From Candidatus Latescibacterota bacterium (GTDB taxonomy: Bacteria > Latescibacterota > UBA2968): DNA of 64,000 bases. Location of the stretch: assembly GCA_965204745.1 (NCBI GenBank), contig OZ242010.1, forward strand, positions 4,448,001 through 4,512,000. The letters are read 5' to 3'. Made by a program: the position numbers and the translations under genes. Positions 49,363 through 58,766 of the stretch are shown piece after piece (positions within the stretch are counted from its first letter, which is position 1; each line of letters opens with the position of its first letter). Below the pieces are notes generated by a model. That model searched no databases. It saw only the letters and a program-made list of their open reading frames with translations, and was not told the DNA's origin.

Positions 49363-49887
49363 ATGATGGCATCGGACGTTTGGAAGGAGTACGAGAGCAA
49401 TGAGATTTCCCACAGCGTTGCCCATCACTTGGTCGCCATTCACGAACTGATGGGCGATCTGGGCTATGCGCGGGTGTCGGATGTGGCCCGCGTGCTGGAG
49501 ATAACGCGGGGCAGCGCGTCTTTGACGCTCAAAGCTCTCAAGGCGCGCGGTCTGGTTTTGGAAGATCGCAACAAGTTTTTGAAATTGTCCGAAGAAGGGC
49601 ACGGGGTTGTCGATTCCGTTTTGGCAAAACGCACCATTGTCCGCAAATTTCTCAATGAAGTGCTCAAGTTAGACGCGCATCAGGCCGAAGTGGATGCGTG
49701 CAAGGTCGAGCATCTCTTGAGTGCGAAAACCGGCGAGCAGTTGCTGCATTTTGTGCGTTTCTTGCTTTCGGACGATCCCACTGCGCGGCAATTTCTCACG
49801 GAGTTTTGGCGCAAATTGGCGCGAACTGAGGACGGGCAGTGGCCCGTTCAAGATGTCGATCAACTGTTTGAATTGGAGTGTCGGTAA
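49363..49887 (+). CDS. DtxR/MntR family metal-dependent regulator
   Basis: GYARVSDVARVLEITRGSAS HTH; DACKVEHLLS. Confidence 0.9.
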   Translation: MMASDVWKEYESNEISHSVAHHLVAIHELMGDLGYARVSDVARVLEITRGSASLTLKALKARGLVLEDRNKFLKLSEEGHGVVDSVLAKRTIVRKFLNEVLKLDAHQAEVDACKVEHLLSAKTGEQLLHFVRFLLSDDPTARQFLTEFWRKLARTEDGQWPVQDVDQLFELECR

Positions 49888-50117
49888 TGGAAATCGCAAC
49901 GTCACTTTTGAGATGGCAGCAAGGGGATGAAGGCATTATTGAAGGCATTTCAGAGACGAATCGCCTCGCGGCGCGCTTGCGCGAGTTCGGCGCGATGCCC
50001 GGGATGCCCGTGCGCGTGTTGCGCGTGTGTTGCCCCGTGGTCATTCAGGTGGGGGCCAGCAGATTTTGCTTGCGAAAAGCCGATGCCGCGTGCATCAAGG
50101 CAAAAAAAGCGGCCTGA
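49887..50117 (+). CDS. feoA: Ferrous iron transport protein A
   Basis: RLREFGAMPG; directly upstream of feoB. Confidence 0.88.
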   Translation: MEIATSLLRWQQGDEGIIEGISETNRLAARLREFGAMPGMPVRVLRVCCPVVIQVGASRFCLRKADAACIKAKKAA

Positions 50118-50123
50118 TTGCTT

Positions 50124-52301
50124 ATGGCAACGGATATAGCAGATCAAAAACGAGTGTCTGCCGAGCGCGTCACAGTCGCTGTGGTCGGCAATCCCAACAC
50201 GGGCAAGACAACGCTTTTTAATGCGCTGACCGGGCTTTCGCAGCGCGTGGGAAATTTCCCCGGCGTGACGGTCGAGCGCAAAATTGGGCACCTGACATTG
50301 CCCCAAGTGGGCGCGGTTGACCTGCTGGATTTGCCCGGTACCTATAGCCTTTCGGCGCGATCCCCAGATGAAGTCATCGCGGTTGAAGCCCTGATGGGCA
50401 TTCTGGAAGGCGAGCGCGATATTCAAGCCGTGCTCGTGGTGCTCGACGCCAGCAACTTGCGGCGCAATTTATACGTCGTCTCGCAACTTCTCGAACTGAA
50501 TTTGCCCCTGGTCGTGGCCCTCAATATGTCGGATGTGGCCAAGGCCAGGGGCATTTTTATCGACGCGGATATTCTGACCGAGCGGCTGGGGGTGCCGGTC
50601 ATTTCCGTGCAGGCCAACAAACGCGCGGGGCTCGGCGAATTAAAGGCCGCGCTTTCCCGCGTGCTCGGCAAGGGCACGGCGCCGGCGCGCAGCGGGGCAT
50701 TGCCGCACGCTTTGTGGGCAGAGGTCGAGCGGTTGGCGCGAAAATACGAGGGCGCGTCTGCGGGCTTGGTGTTGCGCGGGTTGATCGACGGGCAAGGCGC
50801 GTTTGCAACCGCTGTTTTGAACCGCTTTGGCGATGGCTTTGCATCCGATATCCGCGCATTGCACGCACGGATCGAAGGAGAGGCACTGGCGAGCCGCGAG
50901 ATCGAATCGCGCTATCGCTGGATCGACGAGGTGCTCGATGGCGCGTTGCGCGATCCAGAGCCGCTCCGCAAGACCCGGTCCGATCGGTTGGATCGCGTGC
51001 TGACGCATCCGCTCGGCGGTCTCTTGAGTTTTGCCGCGGTGATGGCCCTGGTTTTTCAGGCGATTTTTTCATGGGCCGCGCCGCTGATGGATGCGATAGA
51101 CGCGCTGTTTGGCACGCTCGGCAACTGGGTGTCCGGGTATTTTCCCGACGGCGCGTTGCAAAGCATGGTGGTCGATGGGGTCATTGCGGGCGTGGGTGGC
51201 GTGGTCATTTTTTTGCCGCAGATCTGCATCCTATTTCTCTTTATCGGCCTGCTCGAAGATTGCGGGTATATGGCCCGCGCCGCGCTGTTGATGGATCGGT
51301 TGCTCACGCCTTGTGGGTTGTCGGGCAAGTCGTTTATCCCCCTGTTGTCGAGTTTTGCCTGCGCGATTCCCGGGGTGATGGCAACGCGCACCATCGACGA
51401 TCCCAAGGACCGCATTGCCACGATGCTGGTCGCGCCCCTGATGAGTTGCTCGGCGCGGTTGCCGGTGTACGCGATTTTTATTGGGGCGTTTATTCCGGAT
51501 CGAACGCTTTGGGGCGGATTTGGCTTGCAAGGGCTCGTGCTGTTGGCGCTGTATTGCGTGGGAATTGTCGTGGCGATTCCGGTTGCGTGGATCGTAAAAA
51601 AGACGCTGTTGAAGGGACAGCCCGCGCCGTTTGTGCTCGAGTTGCCGTCCTACAAGATGCCCGATGCGGGCACGGTGGGCATGCGCGTGTATCAAAGCGC
51701 GCGGCATTTTTTGGAACGCGCCGGCACGTTGATCCTCGCCGCGACCATTGTGATGTGGGCACTGGCGTATTTCCCGCGGTCCGAAACCATTGCCGCGCAT
51801 TACGAAGCCGAACGCACGCGATTGGCAGACGCGCCACAGGAGGTGCTGTCCGACTTGAACGCCCGCGAAGCCGGCGCCATGCTCGAACAGAGTTTCCTCG
51901 GGCGGATGGGGCACGCGATAGAACCGGTCGTCGAGCCACTGGGATGGGATTGGCGAATCGGCATGGCCGCGCTGGCGTCTTTTCCGGCGCGGGAGGTGAT
52001 CGTCGCGGTTTTGGGCACGATTTACAGCTTGGGCGAGGTGGATGAGGAATCCGCATCGTTGCGAGACGCGCTTCGATCCGCGACATGGGCAGATGGGCGC
52101 GAGGTGTTCAACATCCCGGTCGCGCTTTCGATTATGGTGTTTTTCGCCCTGTGCGCGCAGTGCGTTTCCACGCTCGCGGTCATCCAGCGCGAGACGGGCC
52201 GCTGGCGGTGGCCCGTGCTGACGTTCGCCTACATGACGCTGCTCGCGTACATCGGCGCGTTTGTGACGTATCAATTCGGCATGGCATGGGGATGGGGGTG
52301 A
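50124..52301 (+). CDS. feoB: Ferrous iron transport protein B
   Basis: GNPNTGKT, NFPGVTVE, DLPGTYSL, NMSD, LEDCGYMARAA, MSCSARLPVY. Confidence 0.97.
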   Translation: MATDIADQKRVSAERVTVAVVGNPNTGKTTLFNALTGLSQRVGNFPGVTVERKIGHLTLPQVGAVDLLDLPGTYSLSARSPDEVIAVEALMGILEGERDIQAVLVVLDASNLRRNLYVVSQLLELNLPLVVALNMSDVAKARGIFIDADILTERLGVPVISVQANKRAGLGELKAALSRVLGKGTAPARSGALPHALWAEVERLARKYEGASAGLVLRGLIDGQGAFATAVLNRFGDGFASDIRALHARIEGEALASREIESRYRWIDEVLDGALRDPEPLRKTRSDRLDRVLTHPLGGLLSFAAVMALVFQAIFSWAAPLMDAIDALFGTLGNWVSGYFPDGALQSMVVDGVIAGVGGVVIFLPQICILFLFIGLLEDCGYMARAALLMDRLLTPCGLSGKSFIPLLSSFACAIPGVMATRTIDDPKDRIATMLVAPLMSCSARLPVYAIFIGAFIPDRTLWGGFGLQGLVLLALYCVGIVVAIPVAWIVKKTLLKGQPAPFVLELPSYKMPDAGTVGMRVYQSARHFLERAGTLILAATIVMWALAYFPRSETIAAHYEAERTRLADAPQEVLSDLNAREAGAMLEQSFLGRMGHAIEPVVEPLGWDWRIGMAALASFPAREVIVAVLGTIYSLGEVDEESASLRDALRSATWADGREVFNIPVALSIMVFFALCAQCVSTLAVIQRETGRWRWPVLTFAYMTLLAYIGAFVTYQFGMAWGWG

Positions 52302-52304
52302 CAC

Positions 52305-52478
52305 ATGAGCGACTGGCAAAATTGGATCGCGGTTGCGGTGGCCCTGTGGTGTGCAGGCCGCGTTGTGCGCGAGATAGCGAAGCCGTTTGTCACCCCATCT
52401 TCGGGATGCGGCGGCGCGTGCGAGAACGCGGGGTTCACTCGCACCACTCCCCGCGAGGAGTTGCTCGAGATCGAGTGA
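52305..52478 (+). CDS. FeoB-associated Cys-rich small membrane protein (not in the ORF track)
   Basis: My translation: MSDWQNWIAVAVALWCAGRVVREIAKPFVTPSSGCGGACENAG... Confidence 0.7.
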   Translation: MSDWQNWIAVAVALWCAGRVVREIAKPFVTPSSGCGGACENAGFTRTTPREELLEIE

Positions 52479-52514
52479 CGCCCGGAGTTGATCTCGGGTC
52501 GGATGGAGTAAATC

Positions 52515-52697
52515 ATGGCAACCGTGTTTGTGCCCCATGCGGAAAGCGAATATCGACGGCTCGTGACCGTACTGGACGATTTGATCGACGTGGTCGGGGA
52601 AAATGAAAATCACCCGTTGGCCTCATTGATGGAGGTCATTGGTGTGCTGATCGAGAGATACGAAGCCGAACACGTTCCAGAACTGAGAGATATATAA
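52515..52697 (+). CDS. HigA-like antitoxin fragment (no HTH, no toxin)
   Basis: EYRRLV.VLDDLIDVVGENENHPLASLMEVIGVLIERYE. Confidence 0.65.
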   Translation: MATVFVPHAESEYRRLVTVLDDLIDVVGENENHPLASLMEVIGVLIERYEAEHVPELRDI

Positions 52698-52706
52698 CTC
52701 GTCCAA

Positions 52707-52822
52707 CAATGCGAATTAAGAGTAGAAAGCGAGTAGGAAGCAAGCCGAGACCAATCGCCCAAAGACATGGACGAGTCATCCATTACCGAATCGCCTTTTA
52801 GAACTCGTCCTAAAACAAACGA
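52707..52822 (-). repeat. ~115-bp repeat, inverted copy of 49143-49256
   Basis: Reverse complement aligns with scattered substitutions. Confidence 0.85.
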
Positions 52823-52846
52823 GAGATGTTCTTCCCCTTCCTCGTA

Positions 52847-53033
52847 GGACCTATCCCCCCGGCCCCCTTTCCTACAAGGAAAGGGGGAGCGCATGGCTTT
52901 TTGAAGGTTTGTCTCCCTAGCTGTTCTGATGGCTTTGAGCGAATAGATCACGCCATGGAACCCCAAACCCCTCGCACAACCTCTCGCCATTCCCCCCTTC
53001 CTCACAGGAAGGGGGGCCAGGGGGGTAGGTCCC
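52847..53033. mobile_element. MITE/REP-like element copy
   Basis: Same terminal repeats and internal sequence as 43453-43649. Confidence 0.7.
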
Positions 53034-53183
53034 AATAAATGGATGCAACGCTTTATTCGCATCAACGAATAAAAAATTTGCGTCTCTCTATGCGGGGATT
53101 TGCTCCAACTATACATTCACCATACGACCCTCAATCCATTGGATTGGGGGTTTTTGTTTTGCGTTGGCTTTGGGATTTTATAT

Positions 53184-53201
53184 ATTTAGGCATGGCTAAA
53201 T
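53184..53201 (+). promoter_or_regulatory. DtxR/MntR/TroR-type operator
   Basis: ATTTAG-GCATGG-CTAAAT palindrome overlapping a TATATT -10-like box upstream of the ABC operon. Confidence 0.7.
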
Positions 53202-53221
53202 TTTGTTTTTTGGAGGGTGTC

Positions 53222-54130
53222 ATGTACCGACTGTTCGCTATGGCGGGTGTTTTGTTGTGTTGCGCGTGTGGCGGGGGGGACGCGCCCCCGGTTGCCGAGG
53301 GCAAGAAACGGGTGGTGTGTACGACCGGGATGATCGGGGACTTGGCGCGCCGTGTCGCGGGGGATCGCGCAGAGGTGATTGCCCTGATGGGGCCGGGCAT
53401 CGACCCGCATTATTACAAGGCCACGCAGGGCGATTTGCAACTTCTGTCGCGGGCAGATGTGATCTTTTACAACGGCCTGTTTTTGGAAGGCAAGTTGGAA
53501 GATATTTTTGAAAAAATGGCGCGTACCAAGACCGTGGTTGCGGTATCGCGGGATATTCCCAAAGACCGGTTGCGGAAACCGTCCGAAGGCGGGTACGATC
53601 CGCACATCTGGTTCGACGTGGCCCTGTGGGCGGAAACCCTGAATGTGGTTGTCGAGACCCTGAGCGAACGCGACGCCGAGGGCGCCGAGGTGTTTCGCGC
53701 CAATGCCGAGGCGTATCGCGAGCAGTTGCGCGATTTGCACGCTTGGGCAAAAGCACAGATCGAGCGCATTCCCGCGGATCGGCGCGTGCTGATCACCGCA
53801 CACGATGCGTTTGGGTATTTTGGCCTCGCTTACGGCATTGAGGTGCGCGGGCTTCAGGGCATTTCGACCGTGGCGGAATACGGGGTCAATGACGTGTCGC
53901 GCTTGGTCAATTTTATCGTCGACCGGCGCGTGAAAGCCATTTTTGTGGAAAGCAGCGTGCCCGAGCGGTCGATCAATGCGGTGCGCGAGGGATGCAAAGC
54001 GCGGGGGTGGAATGTCGCAGTGGGCGGCACGCTGTATTCAGACGCGATGGGGCCTGCGGGCAGCGGCGCGGATACGTATATCGGCATGGTGCGGTCCAAT
54101 GTGAATGCGATTGTCGAGGCAATGAGGTGA
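53222..54130 (+). CDS. troA: Mn/Zn/Fe ABC transporter substrate-binding lipoprotein
   Basis: GPGIDPHYY, YDPHIW, TAHDAFGYF, LYSDAMG. Confidence 0.92.
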   Translation: MYRLFAMAGVLLCCACGGGDAPPVAEGKKRVVCTTGMIGDLARRVAGDRAEVIALMGPGIDPHYYKATQGDLQLLSRADVIFYNGLFLEGKLEDIFEKMARTKTVVAVSRDIPKDRLRKPSEGGYDPHIWFDVALWAETLNVVVETLSERDAEGAEVFRANAEAYREQLRDLHAWAKAQIERIPADRRVLITAHDAFGYFGLAYGIEVRGLQGISTVAEYGVNDVSRLVNFIVDRRVKAIFVESSVPERSINAVREGCKARGWNVAVGGTLYSDAMGPAGSGADTYIGMVRSNVNAIVEAMR

Positions 54131-54588
54131 GATGGAAATTTAGCCACAAAAGGCACAAAAGGCACAAAAGGTGAGAGGCGAGAGGTAAGAGGGCCGCCCA
54201 ACCACCCCAAAGGCGAAAAGCAACCATGCCATCGCAAAAGACCCTCCGATCAAGCCATCACGCACAGCGCGCAAGTCCGTTTCGCAACCAACGTTCATTA
54301 TGCAACCCACTTTGCAGGCCGACGCATGTCGTTCTGCTACAAAAGCGCTTTGCGCTGTGCAAGCCCCTCGGCGTTTGAGAGCGGCATTTTTTGCCTACTT
54401 TTTTTTGCTGTTGAAAAAAAGTAGGTCGCCGAAGGCATCAAAGGCAACCAACGATGTTGCAGAACAAACTTTTGAGACAAGCACCGCATGATTTGTACGG
54501 AATGTCTGTTCCTCATTCATCCCTGATAGGACGCAGGATACGGACAACTTAAAATCAAAACTGATGCGCCGTTCCGTCGGAGAAAATT

Positions 54589-55374
54589 ATGGTACACACG
54601 CTCGATGAATCCATAACGCCCATCCACATTCACGATATGACGGTGGCGTATCACAAGAAGCCCGTGCTGTGGGATGTGGATCTCGCCATACCAGAGGGCA
54701 AACTCGTCGGGGTTGTAGGGCCAAATGGCGCGGGCAAGAGCACGATGATCAAAGCCATTATGGACCTCGTTCCCAAAGCGTCTGGGTGGGTTCGCATCTA
54801 CGGAAAGCCATATCCGCGGGCGCGGCGGGCTATCGGCTATGTGCCGCAGCGCGAATCGGTCGATTGGGATTTTCCCATCCATGCCTTAGACGTGGTGCTC
54901 ATGGGGCGCTATGGGCATGTGGGATGGATAAAGCGGCCGGGCAAGCGCGATAGGGAACGGGCAGAAGAAGCCCTCGCAAAGGTCGGCATGAGCGAGTTTG
55001 GGCACCGGCAGATCAACCAGTTATCCGGCGGGCAACAACAGCGCGTTTTCCTGGCGCGGGCACTGGCGCAAGACGCGCAAATTTACTTGATGGACGAACC
55101 CTTTGCCGGGGTTGACGCCGCGACCGAGCATGCGATTATCGACATTTTGATGGACCTGCGGGCGCGAAAAAAAACCATGCTGGTCGTCCACCACGACTTG
55201 CACACGGTCAGGCAGTACTTTGACTGGCTGGTTTTGATCAACATGCGCGTGGTGGCCGCGGGCGAGACGCGAGATGTGTTCACCGAAGAGAATTTGAACA
55301 AGACCTACGGCGGGCGGTTGACCGTGCTGTCCGAAGCCGCGCAAGCCGTTGCGGATCACCGCGGAGGGCTATGA
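54589..55374 (+). CDS. troB: Metal ABC transporter ATPase
   Basis: GPNGAGKS, YVPQR, LSGGQQQR, MDEPF. Confidence 0.93.
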   Translation: MVHTLDESITPIHIHDMTVAYHKKPVLWDVDLAIPEGKLVGVVGPNGAGKSTMIKAIMDLVPKASGWVRIYGKPYPRARRAIGYVPQRESVDWDFPIHALDVVLMGRYGHVGWIKRPGKRDRERAEEALAKVGMSEFGHRQINQLSGGQQQRVFLARALAQDAQIYLMDEPFAGVDAATEHAIIDILMDLRARKKTMLVVHHDLHTVRQYFDWLVLINMRVVAAGETRDVFTEENLNKTYGGRLTVLSEAAQAVADHRGGL

Positions 55375-55375
55375 G

Positions 55376-56656
55376 GTGATTTGGGACGCGACATTTCAAC
55401 TCGTCTTGCTCGGCGCGTTGCTGATCGGCGCGACCTCGGGCACGCTGGGCGCGTTTGCCGTGTTGCGCCGGCGAAGTCTGTTGGGCGACGCCCTGGCCCA
55501 TGCCGCGCTTCCGGGCGTGGCGTTGGCGTTTTTGTGGGCGCAGACCAAGGCATTGCCCGTCCTGCTTTTGGGCGCGACGGTGTCCGGCGTCATCGGCGTG
55601 CTCGCCATCGAGGTCATCGTCAACTACACGCGCATCAAAGCCGACGCTGCGCTGGGCATCGTGTTGTCGGTGTTTTTCGGGATCGGCATTGTGTTGCTCA
55701 CGCATATTCAGCAAAGCGCGGTGGGCAATCAAAGCGGGTTGGACAAATTTCTCTTTGGGCAAGCGGCGTCTGTGGTGCGCGCAGATCTGTACGTGATGTG
55801 CGCGGTGTCCGCGCTGGTGCTCATCGCGGTGTGCGCGTTTTACAAAGAGTTTAAGGGCCTGATTTTCGACTCGGACTTTCTCGGCGCGCTGGGGTTTCCC
55901 CCGCGCCTGGTCGATCTGTTGCTGATGGGGTTGATCGTGCTCACCGTGATGGTCGGGCTTCAAGCCGTGGGGGTTATTCTCATCGCCGCGATGCTGATCA
56001 CCCCGGCCGCTGCGGCCCGGTTTTGGACGGATCGGTTGCATGTGATGGTGGTCGCGTCCGGGATTTTGGGCGCGTCGTGCGGCGCGCTCGGCACGGGCAT
56101 CAGCGCGCTCGCGCCCCGCATTCCCACCGGGCCGGTGATGGTGCTGGTCGCAACGGCGGCTTTTCTCTTCTCCGCGCTGATCGCCCCAAGGCGCGGGGTG
56201 CTCGCCCGATGGGCGCGCAGGCGGGAAAACGCGCTGCGGGAAAACGGACAGCATTTCTTGCGGGCTTATGTCGCGTTGCGAGCAGGACATGGCGACGCGG
56301 TCGCCTTGACGGCCATCGCCGATGAATTGCAGGTGTCGCGCCGCCGCGTCCAAAGGCTCGCCAAACGCCTGTCGCGCGACGGGTGGGTGGCACGCCACAA
56401 TGGCGCGTGTTCGTTGACGGCACAGGGGCAAAAAGAGGCGGCGTTCGTGGTCAAATCGCACCGGCTGTGGGAATACTATTTGGTGTATCGGTCCATTTTG
56501 GAACGCGATCACGTCGACCGGCCCGCGGATGAGGTGGAGCACATTCTCACGCCGGAGATGATCGACCAACTCGAAACCCTGTTGGCAAACGAAAATATCG
56601 ACACGGACATTCACGCAACCGACAGTGGCTATCGGAGGACAGGCGGCGATGGGTGA
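55376..56656 (+). CDS. troC: Metal ABC permease fused to a C-terminal DtxR-like domain
   Basis: GDALAHAALPG; tail KSHRLWEYYL...ADEVEHIL. Confidence 0.88.
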   Translation: MIWDATFQLVLLGALLIGATSGTLGAFAVLRRRSLLGDALAHAALPGVALAFLWAQTKALPVLLLGATVSGVIGVLAIEVIVNYTRIKADAALGIVLSVFFGIGIVLLTHIQQSAVGNQSGLDKFLFGQAASVVRADLYVMCAVSALVLIAVCAFYKEFKGLIFDSDFLGALGFPPRLVDLLLMGLIVLTVMVGLQAVGVILIAAMLITPAAAARFWTDRLHVMVVASGILGASCGALGTGISALAPRIPTGPVMVLVATAAFLFSALIAPRRGVLARWARRRENALRENGQHFLRAYVALRAGHGDAVALTAIADELQVSRRRVQRLAKRLSRDGWVARHNGACSLTAQGQKEAAFVVKSHRLWEYYLVYRSILERDHVDRPADEVEHILTPEMIDQLETLLANENIDTDIHATDSGYRRTGGDG

Positions 56657-57926
56657 ATTTTGGGGGCCATTTTGGATCGTGCTCACCGGCGCGCTGGCCG
56701 GGGGCGCGTGCGGGCTTTTGGGCGCGTACCTCGTGTTGCGGAAGATGTCGCTGTTGGGCGACGCCCTCAGCCACGCGGTTTTGCCCGGCATCGCGATTGC
56801 GTTTTTGCTGTCGGGCAGCCGCGATGTGTTGCCGATGTTTGTCGGCGCGGCCGCGTGTGGGGTGGTTGCCACGCTGTTGATCGAGACCTTTCACCGCAGG
56901 TGGCGCGTGCAAGAAGACGCGGCTATCGGCATTGCGTTCACCGCGCTGTTCGCGCTCGGCGTCGTTTTGATTACGGCATTTGCTGGGCAGGTCGATTTGG
57001 ATCAGGAATGCGTGCTGTACGGGGAAATCGCGTACGCGCCGTGGGACCGCTTGTTCTGGAATGAGCGGGACCTAGGGCCGCGCCCGGTGTGGATCCTCGG
57101 CGTGGTTTTCGCGCTCGATTTGCTGATCGTGGTGGTGTTTTACAAAGAGTTGTTGATCGCGTCTTTCGACCCGGAAATGGCGGTTTCCGTGGGCATCAGT
57201 GCCGCGCTGATGCACTACGTTTTGATGGGGGCCGTCTCCGTGACGACTGTGGCCGCATTCGAGTCCGTGGGCGCGATTCTCGTGGTGGCGATGCTGATCG
57301 TGCCCGGCGCATCGGCCTATTTGTGGAGCGATAGGTTGAAGGTCATTTTGATCCTCTCCGCGCTGATGGGCGTGGGGTCTGCTGTCGCGGGGTATTTTCT
57401 CGCCGGCGCGTGGAACAGTTCCATTGCCGGCGCGATGGTCGTGGCGATGGGGGCCATCTTCGCGGCGTCCCTCCTGGTCGCGCCGCGCTATGGCCTGTTG
57501 GGGCGGTTTGTGCGGCGGGCGCGCCTTTCCATTCGCGTGGCACGCGATCACGTTTTGCTCAAATTGCTCCGGGAGCGCGAATCCCGAGCCGTCTCCGCGC
57601 TCGGCCGGGGCGATTTGGTTGACTTAGCCACACCCCGACTTTCCGGCATCGCGCTTCGGTCCTTGATGTGGCAAGGGCTGATCGTGCGGGAAAACGGGCG
57701 GTTCGCCCTCGCGGAACAAGGGATCGCACGCGCGACCGAGTTGCTCCGCAATCACAGGCTTTGGGAAGCCTATCTCAACCGGCTGGGACTGCCGCCGGAT
57801 CACGTCCACGATCCCGCAGACGCGCTCGAACACATCACGGACGACCACCTCCAACGCGAAATCCGCGCGGCCCTGCCCGATGTCGCTATCGACCCACAGG
57901 GCAAGCGCATTCCCGACGCGCGATGA
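56649..57926 (+). CDS. troD: Metal ABC permease fused to a C-terminal DtxR-like domain
   Basis: GDALSHAVLPG; tail RNHRLWEAYL...ADALEHI...DPQGKRIP. Confidence 0.88.
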   Translation: MGEFWGPFWIVLTGALAGGACGLLGAYLVLRKMSLLGDALSHAVLPGIAIAFLLSGSRDVLPMFVGAAACGVVATLLIETFHRRWRVQEDAAIGIAFTALFALGVVLITAFAGQVDLDQECVLYGEIAYAPWDRLFWNERDLGPRPVWILGVVFALDLLIVVVFYKELLIASFDPEMAVSVGISAALMHYVLMGAVSVTTVAAFESVGAILVVAMLIVPGASAYLWSDRLKVILILSALMGVGSAVAGYFLAGAWNSSIAGAMVVAMGAIFAASLLVAPRYGLLGRFVRRARLSIRVARDHVLLKLLRERESRAVSALGRGDLVDLATPRLSGIALRSLMWQGLIVRENGRFALAEQGIARATELLRNHRLWEAYLNRLGLPPDHVHDPADALEHITDDHLQREIRAALPDVAIDPQGKRIPDAR

Positions 57927-58091
57927 TATGCTTGCCTCTGCGCGGGGTTTGTCTTACTTTCGAGCGAGTTGAACGCCGCCTCTAAGAACGAGGAGCAAAA
58001 ACCGATGACCCAACTTCTCCAACGGGCTTTTGAGAGAGCCACCAAACTCCCGCAAAAAATAGACAGAGACCCTGAAATATGGGAGCGAGAC

Positions 58092-58766
58092 ATGATCAGC
58101 CAATCGTCACAGGATTATTTGAAAACCATTTACAAACTGACGCATGGGCAAAATCCGGTCGCGTCTGTGACGACCTCGCTGATCGCCGAGACCCTGTCGG
58201 TCGCGCCCGCGTCTGTAACCAATATGCTCAAGAAACTCGCGTCCATAAAGCTGGTGAACCACACGCCGTATCAGGGCGTCGCGCTCACGCCCACGGGCGA
58301 GCGCATCGCCCTCGAGGTCATCCGCCACCACCGCTTGCTCGAGCTCTATTTGTCCGAAGTGCTCGGCTTTGATTTAGACAAGGTCGACGCAGAGGCGGAT
58401 CGGTTGGAACACGTCATTTCCGAGGAATTTGAGGATAAAATCGACCGCGCCTTGGGCTATCCCACGGTTGATCCGCACGGCGCGCCCATTCCGAGCAAGG
58501 ACGGGTCCATCGAGTACGGGGATTATCTGAGTTTGTCAGAGATCGCGCCCGGCGAACGGGTGCGCGTGATGCAAGTGAGCGACCAAAGCGCGGAAATGCT
58601 GCGCTATATGGCCGCGATGGGCATTCGGCCCAATGTCGAAATTCAAGTCGTCGAGCGCGCGCCGTTTAATGGGCCGATGGACATTGTGGTCGATGGCGAG
58701 GCCGCGCATTCCCTCGGTCTCGAAGTGGCCGAGCACATCTATGTTTCGCCTGCGGAGGAAGCATGA
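58092..58766 (+). CDS. mntR: DtxR/MntR regulator with a FeoA domain
   Basis: QDYLKTIY, RHHRLLELYL, EADRLEH, DPHGAPIP. Confidence 0.9.
   Translation: MISQSSQDYLKTIYKLTHGQNPVASVTTSLIAETLSVAPASVTNMLKKLASIKLVNHTPYQGVALTPTGERIALEVIRHHRLLELYLSEVLGFDLDKVDAEADRLEHVISEEFEDKIDRALGYPTVDPHGAPIPSKDGSIEYGDYLSLSEIAPGERVRVMQVSDQSAEMLRYMAAMGIRPNVEIQVVERAPFNGPMDIVVDGEAAHSLGLEVAEHIYVSPAEEA

Noticed and set aside
53040-53220. Mn-sensing yybP-ykoY riboswitch before the ABC operon
   Set aside because: No recognisable conserved core by eye; a DtxR-type operator explains regulation. An Rfam scan would settle it.
55280-56872. 530-aa minus-strand ORF
   Set aside because: Antisense to the ABC permeases.
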